36,764 bases of DNA from Malassezia furfur. Its lineage: Eukaryota. This document shows, piece after piece, positions 20,564-29,366 of this stretch (position 1 is its first letter; each line of letters begins with the position of its first letter). The position numbers were made by a program, and so were the translations under genes. The DNA lies in NCBI GenBank assembly GCA_052055015.1, contig JBQJIT010000066.1; one strand, given 5' to 3'. Below the pieces are notes generated by a model. It was not told where the DNA came from, ran no database searches, and was given only the letters and a program-made list of their open reading frames with translations.

Positions 20564-22120
20564 ATGATCGCTCCTGTTCTGCGCGCTGCCGTGCGCAGCG
20601 AAGTGCGCCCCCTTGTGCGCAACTTCACGAGCTGCCGCCCTGTTTTCAACACGACGAGCCACTCCAAGGTGGTTTCTTCGGTGGAGGAAGCCATCAAGGA
20701 CATCAAGTCGGGCCAGACCATCATGGTGGGTGGTTTCGGGCTGTGTGGCACCCCCGAGACGCTCATCACGGCGCTTTCGAAGCGCCCGGACGTCAAGGAC
20801 CTCCATGTTGTGTCGAACAACATGGGTGTCCCCGGCGGTGGTCTGGGCCTCCTCGCTGAGGCCGAAAAGGTCAAGATCGCCATCGGCTCGTATGTCGGCG
20901 GGAACAAGTCGTTCAGCGACCAGTTCATCCGCGGCGACGTCTCGGTGCACCTGATTCCTCAGGGCACGCTTGCCGAGAAGATCCGCGCGGGTGGTGCTGG
21001 TGTCCCGGCGTTCTACACGGCCACGGGTGTCAACACCGCCGTCGAGACCGGCGAGCTGATCATGCAATACAAGAAGCAGACGCCCGAGGAAAAGGAGAAG
21101 GGTGCGCCGCTCGAGGTGGTCCGCTACTCGAAGCCGCTCGAGACGCGCGAGTTCGACGGGCGCAAGTACGTCCTCGAGAAGGCGATCAACGCCGACTTCG
21201 CGCTGATCCACGCGTGGAAGGTCGACGAGGCCGGCAACGCCATTTTCCGCCGCACTGCGCGCAACTACAACGACGTCATGGCGCGCAACGCCAAGGTGAC
21301 CATTATCGAGGCCGAGGAGATCGTGCCCGTTGGTGAAATTGACCCCGACCACGTCCACCTCCCCTCGGTGTTCACCAACCGCATTGTCAAGGCGGAGCTG
21401 CCGCTCCAGACCGAGTTTGTGCGCCTGTCGAAGCCCGATGCGGACAGTGGCAAGCCCAAGACGCCGTCGAGCTCGCGTGACGTGATTGCCTCGCGTGCCG
21501 CCAAGGAGCTGAGCAACGGCATGTACGTCAACCTCGGTATCGGTATGCCCGGCCTGGTGCCGAGCTGGCTGCCCGAGGGCGTCAACGTCATGCTCCACGC
21601 CGAGAACGGTCTGCTCGGTATCGGCCCGTACCCCTCGAAGGAGGAGGACGTCGACCCCGACCTGATCAACGCTGGCAAGGAGTCGATCACCTTCGTGCCC
21701 GGTGCCACGTCGTTCGACTCGAGCGACAGCTTCGGCATTGTGCGTGGCGGCCACCTCGACGTGACGATGCTCGGTGCGCTGCAGGTGACCTGCGACGGTG
21801 ACCTGGCCAACTTCATGATTCCGGGCAAGTTTGTCAAGGGCATGGGCGGTGCCATGGACCTCGTGTCGAACCCCGACCAGACGCGCGTGATTGTCCTGAC
21901 GGAGCACGTGGACAAGTACGGCCGCCCCAAGGTGGTCGACAAGACTTCGCTGCCGCTCACTGGCAAGCGCTGCGTCGACCTGATCATTACCGACCTTGCC
22001 GTGTTTGACGTGAACCGCAAGGACGGCGGCATGACCCTCATTGAGCTTGCGCCTGGCGTGACCGAGGAGGAGGTCCGCGAGAAGACCGGCGCGCCCTACA
22101 AGGTCGCGCTCAAGCAGTAG
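20564..22120 (+). CDS. Mitochondrial succinyl-CoA:3-ketoacid CoA transferase (SCOT/OXCT1), fused alpha/beta
   Basis: Arg-rich presequence, [44 protein letters not shown] (catalytic Glu), [17 protein letters not shown]; strongly biased codon usage. Confidence 0.95.
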   Translation: MIAPVLRAAVRSEVRPLVRNFTSCRPVFNTTSHSKVVSSVEEAIKDIKSGQTIMVGGFGLCGTPETLITALSKRPDVKDLHVVSNNMGVPGGGLGLLAEAEKVKIAIGSYVGGNKSFSDQFIRGDVSVHLIPQGTLAEKIRAGGAGVPAFYTATGVNTAVETGELIMQYKKQTPEEKEKGAPLEVVRYSKPLETREFDGRKYVLEKAINADFALIHAWKVDEAGNAIFRRTARNYNDVMARNAKVTIIEAEEIVPVGEIDPDHVHLPSVFTNRIVKAELPLQTEFVRLSKPDADSGKPKTPSSSRDVIASRAAKELSNGMYVNLGIGMPGLVPSWLPEGVNVMLHAENGLLGIGPYPSKEEDVDPDLINAGKESITFVPGATSFDSSDSFGIVRGGHLDVTMLGALQVTCDGDLANFMIPGKFVKGMGGAMDLVSNPDQTRVIVLTEHVDKYGRPKVVDKTSLPLTGKRCVDLIITDLAVFDVNRKDGGMTLIELAPGVTEEEVREKTGAPYKVALKQ

Positions 22121-22178
22121 ATAGCGATACGCAATTCAAACCACAATCCATTTTATTGACCATTGCTCTCTAGGAATG

Positions 22179-24176
22179 CTACGGGGCCCTTGTCTCGGCC
22201 CCAAGTGTGGTCGGCGACGCGGCCTGTGGCGCGTCCTCAAGCACGCGCTCGTGCTCGCTCGTCCAGCTCTCCACGCTGTCCCACGGCTTGACGCGGCCTG
22301 CCACGCCCAGGCCCCGTGCGCCCTGCGAGGAGGTGCTCGATGCATCGCCCGCCGAGTCGTACTCATCCAGGATCTCCTCGCCAATCAGCTCCTCGAGCAC
22401 ATCCTCGAGCGTGATAATGCCGAGCGGTGCATTGGGCACCTGGTTGTGCTTCTGCACAGCTGCCGGCGGCAGCGTACCACTTGCGCTCATTGGGTGCTCG
22501 GGATCCTCGAAATCGCTCTCGCGCCCGCCACGCAGGCGGTGCACGAGGCGGTGCAGGCTCGCGACCGGTAAGAACTTGTGCCGTGGCGGCGTCGTAGTGC
22601 CCGGGCCTCCCTCAGAGGCCTCGGCGTCGGTCGTGAGCGAGACGTGCGCCCGGGCAGGCACGGTCGGCTTCTCGTCCAACGACGAGTGGGGGCTCACAAT
22701 CGCCATGTGCGAGCGGCCCTCCTGGAAGACATTGAGGACGTTGAGCAGAGGCTCGTCCCACGGCACGGTCGGCAGCGCATTGATCAGCAGATCGCTCACC
22801 GGCACTGCATCATCGGGGTCCAGCAGCACACATTGCTTCACCAGCAGCGCACCGAGAATCTTGCGGCGCACGTGCGGCGCCGGGGCGTTGGACGGCGCGA
22901 CGCGCTGCAGTGGATCGCCGCTGCCTCCGCCGTCTTCGGCGTTGGGCGCACGCGCGCCAACGCCCGCCTCGGCACGCAAACCCAGCGTGCGGCTCAGCTT
23001 GCTGACTGCATTCGCCAGGTTCGTCAGCGGTGTCCACGTCCCAGACGAGGCGAGCGACGTCTCGACATCTTGGTACACGGGAATGCGCGAGTGCCCCGAA
23101 CGCACAATCTCTTCCAGCGTTGCATAGTCGAGGCGTGCCGTCACTGGAATCATGTGCACGCGATCGATCGGCGTCATGGCCTCCTTGGCCACCTTTTCTT
23201 GCATATCCAAAGCACCACCGACGATTGCGACCGTGTCGCCTTTGAGGTCGCCGCCGTGGCTGCCAGTTACCGCGTGCATCGTGACGAGCTCTTTGAGTTC
23301 CGAGCGGCGGTACACAACGCCTTGGTGCGGGCCGAGCGCATAGTGCATGATGCGAGATACGGGATAGGCAATCGGCCACAGTACGATCATGACGCATCGG
23401 GTAAACATAGCCATCGAAGCGCCCACACGTAGACCGTACCGCGAGCATATACTCTGCGGAATAAGTTCCGCAAAGAGCACCACCAGCACAATCGACACAA
23501 TCACCGCCTGGATGCCACCTCCTAACAGGGGGTCGGCAATGATCGGCAGCGTTTCGTTGGTGATCATGTTGGCGATGAGCAGTGTAGTAAGCAGTAAATG
23601 ACCATCCTTGCGGATCGGGATAATCTTGGCTGCATCTTCCTGCTCGCGCTGTGTGCCTTGTGCCGTGAGCACCTGGAGTTGTGTCTCGTCAAGTGACATG
23701 TATCCCAGCGTCAGGCCGGCAAATATACCGGACAGGATGACAAGCACAGGGATCAGAATACCATAAATGATCTTCTGACCGGACGACAGAGGTTCGTCTT
23801 TCGTCTCGCACGTGTCGCGTCGGAACAGTGGGGTGGCAGGCGGCATAGGCGACGACTGCGCGGCCACATCGATCCTTGGCATGCGCTCCCACGAGGCATA
23901 CCTACGTGCGAGTACAAGCGATACAATGCAGCCTACGGCGATGCCCACGGCAACCGCAGCGCCGAGAAGCAGCGCAAGTGTGCCACCCGCGTACCGACGC
24001 CGATACCAGGGTGGCGCTTGCTCTTCCTCCGCGGTACAGGCAGCTACGCGCGGTAGCTGCTCGTATCTGCGTTGTAGAATGCGTGTACGAATCAGGTCTC
24101 CAGCCTGATGGAGACAATCAGGCGGCTCGTCATCCGCCACCAAGTCGGGCCCAGCACCCCAGCAACCGTGAACCAT
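22179..24176 (-). CDS. MAM3: CNNM/Mam3-like metal transporter (DUF21 plus CBS pair); N-terminus uncertain
   Basis: LVILSGIFAGLTLGYMSLD, HLLLTTLLIANMITNETLP, FAELIPQSICSRYGL, GHSRIPVY, FQEGRSHMAIV, GIITLEDVLEELIGEEILDE. Confidence 0.85.
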   Translation of the reverse strand: MVHGCWGAGPDLVADDEPPDCLHQAGDLIRTRILQRRYEQLPRVAACTAEEEQAPPWYRRRYAGGTLALLLGAAVAVGIAVGCIVSLVLARRYASWERMPRIDVAAQSSPMPPATPLFRRDTCETKDEPLSSGQKIIYGILIPVLVILSGIFAGLTLGYMSLDETQLQVLTAQGTQREQEDAAKIIPIRKDGHLLLTTLLIANMITNETLPIIADPLLGGGIQAVIVSIVLVVLFAELIPQSICSRYGLRVGASMAMFTRCVMIVLWPIAYPVSRIMHYALGPHQGVVYRRSELKELVTMHAVTGSHGGDLKGDTVAIVGGALDMQEKVAKEAMTPIDRVHMIPVTARLDYATLEEIVRSGHSRIPVYQDVETSLASSGTWTPLTNLANAVSKLSRTLGLRAEAGVGARAPNAEDGGGSGDPLQRVAPSNAPAPHVRRKILGALLVKQCVLLDPDDAVPVSDLLINALPTVPWDEPLLNVLNVFQEGRSHMAIVSPHSSLDEKPTVPARAHVSLTTDAEASEGGPGTTTPPRHKFLPVASLHRLVHRLRGGRESDFEDPEHPMSASGTLPPAAVQKHNQVPNAPLGIITLEDVLEELIGEEILDEYDSAGDASSTSSQGARGLGVAGRVKPWDSVESWTSEHERVLEDAPQAASPTTLGAETRAP

Positions 24177-24437
24177 GCACGCTAACGATAAGGCGTAGCG
24201 TGGCCCATGCGCAACGTGGGGTGCGCGCAATAATTACGTCAGCACCCGTCAGCACGTGCGTCGAACGAGGTCGAAGGCGGTGTGGCCGCGCTGGAAAACG
24301 ATGGAAGGCGAAAGACGCAATGAACGCCGCCAAGCGTTGCGCGCGCATTGTTCGGCGCAGAAAAGTGCTGCAGCTCCACGCGGCGTGTATTTTACCGGCG
24401 AAGAACGCAATCAGTCTCACGACGCTGTTCCACAACC

Positions 24438-25754
24438 ATGGTGAAGTACGTATGCGCGTGTAGGGTGCGCTAACCACAGAGAGACAAAGGTATGCATGCG
24501 TTTGCGCGTTTGTCTCGCTAACACGGCAGCTATATGAATTGCTTGGCGTCGATCCCTCGGTTTCCGACTCCGAGTTGAAGAAGTAGGTGGCACACGACTG
24601 ACGCCAGGGCATACCGCAAAAAGGCGCTGGCCTTGCACCCCGACAAGGGTGGTGACCCCGAGCTGTTCAAGGAGGTCACGGCAGCATACGAGGCACTTTC
24701 TGACCCGGACAAGCGTGAGATGTATGACCGTTTCGGTATGGACGGCCTGAGCGAAAGCGGTGGCATGGGTGGCGGCATGGACCCCCAGGACCTCTTTTCG
24801 CAGCTGTTCGGTGGCGGCGGTGGCTTCTTCGGCGGCGGTGGCCGCCCCAAGGGCCCGCGGAAGGGCAAGGACCTGATCCACCGCGTCAAGGTCACGCTCG
24901 AGGACCTGTACAAGGGCAAGATCACCAAGCTTGCGCTTCAGAAGCACGTGCTGTGCTCCTCGTGTGAGGGCCGTGGCGGCAAGGAGGGCTCGGTGAAGAC
25001 ATGCGACACCTGTAAGGGTCAGGGTGTCAAGGTCGTTCTCCGCCAGCTCGGTCCGATGGTGCAACAGATGCAACAGCCATGCCCCGACTGTGATGGCACC
25101 GGTGAGCGCATCGCTCCCCAGGACCGCTGCAAGGCCTGCAGCGGCAAGAAGGTTACCCAGGAGCGCAAAGTGCTCGAGGTCCGCATCGACAAGGGTATGC
25201 AGGACGGCCAGCAGATCACCTTCAAGGAAGAGGCCGACCAGGCGCCCAACACGATTCCGGGCGATGTCATCATTATTGTGGACGAGCAGCCGCACCCGCG
25301 CTTCAAGCGCAAGGTCAATGACCTGTTTGTGGACGTCAAGGTGGATCTCCTTACCGCGCTGGCCGGTGGTAAGGTGAGCATCGAGCATCTCGACGACCAC
25401 GCGCTTTCGGTCGAGATCCCGGCGGGCGATATCATCAAGCCGGGTGACATGAAGGTGCTTCGCGGTCAGGGTATGCCTTCGTACCGCCACCATGAGCCGG
25501 GCGACCTGTACGTGAACCTGTCGGTGGAGTTCCCCGAGTCGCTCTCGGAGGAGCAGATGGGTCTCCTCGAAAAGGCACTTCCGCCCCGCAAGCGTCCGGC
25601 CAACTTGCCGAACAATGTCGACGTCGAGGACGTCATCATGGACAACATCGACGACAGGGAGGCCCACCGCGCGCGGACTGGCCCTTCCAACACCATGGAT
25701 ATGGAGGACGACGAGGCTGGCGGCGGCCCGCAGGTGCAGTGTGCCCAGGGCTAA
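24438..25754 (+). CDS. YDJ1: Type I Hsp40 co-chaperone Ydj1/Mas5; introns 24446-24479, 24490-24529, 24583-24607
   Basis: Splicing gives [31 protein letters not shown] region; four CxxCxGxG-type zinc motifs; C-terminal CaaX-like CAQG. Confidence 0.95.
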
Positions 25755-25835
25755 ACCGCTTGTACATGATCGATTTCAGCGTGGATGATTGTAGTCATAT
25801 ATTCCTAGGCAGCTGTCGTTGTCTGCGCCATCCTA

Positions 25836-26820
25836 CTAAACGTTACTCTCGAGCTCGGCCTTCTTCGCCTCAGCTTCGGCCAGGCGTCGATCTAGGTCCT
25901 CTAGCTCGTTTGCTTGCGACTCAACCGACGCTTGACTGTGTGTCAGTGCAGCAACGTACATCTGCTTCACTCGCTCCTCGATCGAGGCCAAGCCGCTCTC
26001 CGTTTCCGTACCCCCGACCGACAGCGAGGTGCCCGAGTTGGAAAGTTCCGGAAGCGTCGGCGCCGAGTTGGCAGGGTACACACCCTTGCCGTCAGCCGCC
26101 GTGTCCAGATCCGCGTCCGTACGCCCGCCGGCAGCGATGTCTGCGACGTGGAACAAGACAGGGTCGTTGCTGTTGACCTGGTCTGGCACGAACTGGAACA
26201 GACGGACTTCGGCATTCGTCCACGGGTACTCTTCCTGAATCACGCGCCGCAAGATGTCACCGTGCGCAACCAGCACAATGTGTTCCTCTGGGCGCTCGAG
26301 CAGGTATTGCCGAATCCACTTGGCACGTGCGTTGAGCGAGTCATGGTCGGCGGCTGTGTGAGCGAGCCGACGTACCGTAAAAGCCCTGCTTGCTCGTCCA
26401 TTCCGGTGTCAGGTTGGACAGGTTGAAGCGGGCAAACTCGGGGTGCGCTTCCAACACCTCGCGCGCCGAACCAGTGTCGCACGGCAGTGCGTTGCATTCT
26501 GGGATGAGTACAAGTACCTACCTTGCAGCTGAGGCAGGCAAACCACCTCCGCGTGTCCACCTAGGCGGTCCACGGCATCTGCATAGCCGAGAGACACCGT
26601 CTGTAGCGTCCGGCGCAGGGGCGAACTGAGAATTACCTGCGCCGTCTGTTGCAGCTCCGGGGTGAGCCCAGGGAGCCGTGCGGCTTGGCGCTTGCCAAGA
26701 TCCGTCAGAGGTGCGTCAGGAATCGAATAGTCATCTTCGACGTTCTGAATTAGTGGCAATCATACGTACGTGCTCTGCCTGAGCATGCCGGGTCAAATAA
26801 ATGCGACTTGTGGGGGCCAT
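25836..26820 (-). CDS. Histidine phosphatase (phosphoglycerate mutase-like) protein with C-terminal coiled coil; introns 26745-26769, 26499-26521, 26354-26375 and probably 25936-25959
   Basis: Spliced: MAPTSRIYLTRHAQAEHNVEDDYSIPDAPLTDLG..SSPLRRTLQT..LQECNALPCDTGS..WTSKQGFYAAD..IVLVAHGDILR. Confidence 0.88.
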
Positions 26821-26895
26821 GGTTGGTATGTGTGGGCAATGCGCACGGTTTCGCGAAGCTTGTCACGTGCATCGTCTACGCCTTTGTCTACGATC
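26821..26895. promoter_or_regulatory. 75-bp bidirectional promoter (phosphatase/MRPL38) with CACGTG at 26864-26869
   Basis: Divergent ATGs at 26820 and 26896; TCACGTG lies between them. Confidence 0.55.
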
Positions 26896-27369
26896 ATGCT
26901 GGGACTCAAGTCAACGATGTCGGTACGTATGCCTTTGTCTCATCAAGATTATCGACAACTCGGGCGGCCTGGTTGCTGAGTGTATCAATGTGCTGCGCTA
27001 CAAGTCCTCCAAGGGACTGGGTCGGGTCGGTACGTTGGCTTTCTTGCGTTCTTCTTTCTGACACTTGCAGGTGACGAAGTCGTGGTCGTGGTCCAAAAGG
27101 CGCGTCCTATTCCTACCAACCAGATCCCCGGTAGCTCGGCAAATGCGCTCAAGGTGCGCCGCGGAGACGTGCGCCACGCTGTAATCGTGCGCACCAAGAA
27201 AGAGGCGCAGCGTCCGGATGGGCGCGTCGTCAAGTTCGACGACAATGCGTGCGTTCTGCTCAACAATCGGAAAGAGCCACTGGGCACCCGTGTGAACGGC
27301 GTGGTCTCGAGCGAGCTCCGTGAGCGTGGGTGGGGCAAGATTCTCAGCCTCGCGCCAAAAGTCGTTTAG
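26896..27369 (+). CDS. MRPL38: Mitochondrial ribosomal protein uL14m (yeast MRPL38); introns 26923-26947 and 27030-27070
   Basis: Spliced: [83 protein letters not shown]. Confidence 0.92.
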
Positions 27370-27385
27370 CCATTATACCGTAACT

Positions 27386-29311
27386 CTATGGCTTTGCTTT
27401 CTCCTGCTCCTTCATTTCTTGTGCACGCCGCGCGATCTCCTCAGGCGCCAGGCTGCGGTGCTGCTTTTTGCGGTGCCCCTTGGCTGCTGTACCGGGGCCC
27501 CAATTCGCTTGCGGGTTCATCTGGTACCGGACGGCGTGCTTCTCCGAGGGTGCGCCGTGGAGAATGGCCTCGGTGCGCTCGTTCGGCGTCTCGTAGTCAA
27601 ATGCACGCCGTGTTGCGGGCGTGCCGTCCTCATTGCGCCGTGCGAGCAGGCCTTGGGCTGCCGATCCTTCTTTGAGGCGTTCAGGGTTGACAGGGTGCTC
27701 CTTGATCCAGGAGCGGAAAAGATCGTACACCTCACCGCGCGACGCATTCGTCTTGATGGAGCCCGCTACGCAGTGCGACCGGGAAACGTCAAACCCAGCA
27801 TTCAGGAGGGCATGTCTGCGTTAGGATAGGTATACGTACACAACGGGTGCAAGCGGCGGCGAGGTGCAATGGAAAAGACCGGCCACCTTGGCGGGGTGGA
27901 AGTAAAACGGTGCATCCAATTCCTGTGTCAGCGGTTGCGTACGTACGTCACGCGCAGTGGAGACCATGCCGCGAATACGCGGCTCGGTACCGAACGTGTG
28001 CTTGCCGGAATCGAGCGTCTCCAGAATCTCGTCGCAGAACTCCGCGTCTTGAATCGCGCCGAACCACATTGGACCACCCACATGGAAGGAACCCCCACAC
28101 TCGCCGCAACGCATGTCGGTGGGTGGACCCGGAGCCGAGCCAAACTTGATATTCGGCACACCCGTCTTGACGTTGGGCGTCGACGTTGCGCGGCCCATCG
28201 GCTGAATATGGAAATCGCTGCACTTTCCACAAGAGTACACCAAACCGGTCTTTGATGCATTCAGCTTAACCGTCTCAGGCCGTGTCCACACGCGCACAAA
28301 CACGCGAAGGTAGAAGTCGATCGAAAGCGAGAGCATTGGCTGGATATAGCGCCCATACCGACCTGCCGCCGTGGCGATCGCGTGCAAAACGAGACGAAGT
28401 GCAACTTCATGCGAGTATTCAGCTTTGACACTGACACCGCCGTACAGCGACCAGCATTTTTCGGGGTAGTTGTGGCCCGCCAGCACAGCCAGGTCCGTGC
28501 ACGTAACACACAGCAGACCACCGTCAGCGACCGATTGCACAGCAGCGTCCAAAAATGGCGCTGCGGTGCCATAAGGGTCCAGATCGACCACGTCAAAGCG
28601 CTTCGACGGGTCGCGGTGCTCGTACATCAGCGCGATAGCGTCGCCCTGGTTGACATGCACTTTACAGTCGGGGTGAATTTGGATATCATCGGTACTAGGA
28701 GCCTCTTTCGCTCCCTGCGGCTCTTTAGTGACTGCCTCGCCTTCATTGGCGGTCTGCAGCTCAGCGACTTCTTCGAGTGGTCGTCCCGGCGGGAAATTGA
28801 GTGCGAGATTTCGGCGCATGGCCTGCACTGCACTGTGCGAGAGATCGTTGGCGAGGATCGAGCCAAGCAGCGGGATTTCCTTAGCGTAACGAATGCTGCG
28901 CAGACCCGTTGCGCTCAGCGCCTCGAGAATGGTGAATTTGTACGAGCGGTACTCCTCATCGACTTTGACGCGCTTGTTTTCCGGCTCACCGCGCTTGGCA
29001 CGCTTAGCATTGCGCGTTTCCACATGCGCCATGTACCTTTGCTTCTTCTCGCGATCAAGGATCTGGCTCCAGGCGATAATGGCCAACGTGCTAAGGTCGC
29101 GATTGAACTCCTGCACCGGATTCAGGAATGCGGCTTCCTTCGAGGGCATGACAATCGTCGCGCTGTTTTCGCGAAATGCGGATTCATTGCTCTTAATATG
29201 AATACCTCGTTTTGCGACCGCATCAGCGCTCAACAAAATCGGCTCGGGTGCCATGATGCGCAGTGTCCTCGTCCAAGCAACGAGTCGTATGCCGCCAGAC
29301 GCACCAGGCAT
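27386..29311 (-). CDS. TRM1: tRNA (guanine26-N2,N2)-dimethyltransferase; in-frame ATGs at 29311 and 29254; introns 27923-27946 and 27816-27839
   Basis: FLNPVQEFNRDLS, ILEALSATGLRSIRYAKE, DVVDLDPYG, GGLLCVTCTD, SIDFYLRVFV, CxxC motifs. After splicing: HALLNAGFDVSRSHC..IKTNA..YQMNPQANWGP. Confidence 0.93.
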
Positions 29312-29366
29312 CAACTTGTGGTGCGAAGACCGCCACGTGGCCTCCACTCCTTAACTTTTCCAGACG
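29312..29366. promoter_or_regulatory. 55-bp bidirectional promoter TRM1/TPA1 with CACGTG at 29334-29339
   Basis: Divergent ATGs at 29311 and 29367; palindrome GCCACGTGGC in the middle. Confidence 0.55.

Noticed and set aside
20387..21907. 506-aa antisense ORF opposite SCOT (similar ones lie opposite PUF3, YDJ1, TPA1 and TRM1)
   Set aside because: Shadow ORFs expected from high GC and strong codon bias on the coding strand; no recognisable motifs.
24280..24330. GAA repeats as a heat-shock element upstream of YDJ1
   Set aside because: No clear alternating nGAAn/nTTCn array; cannot be supported.
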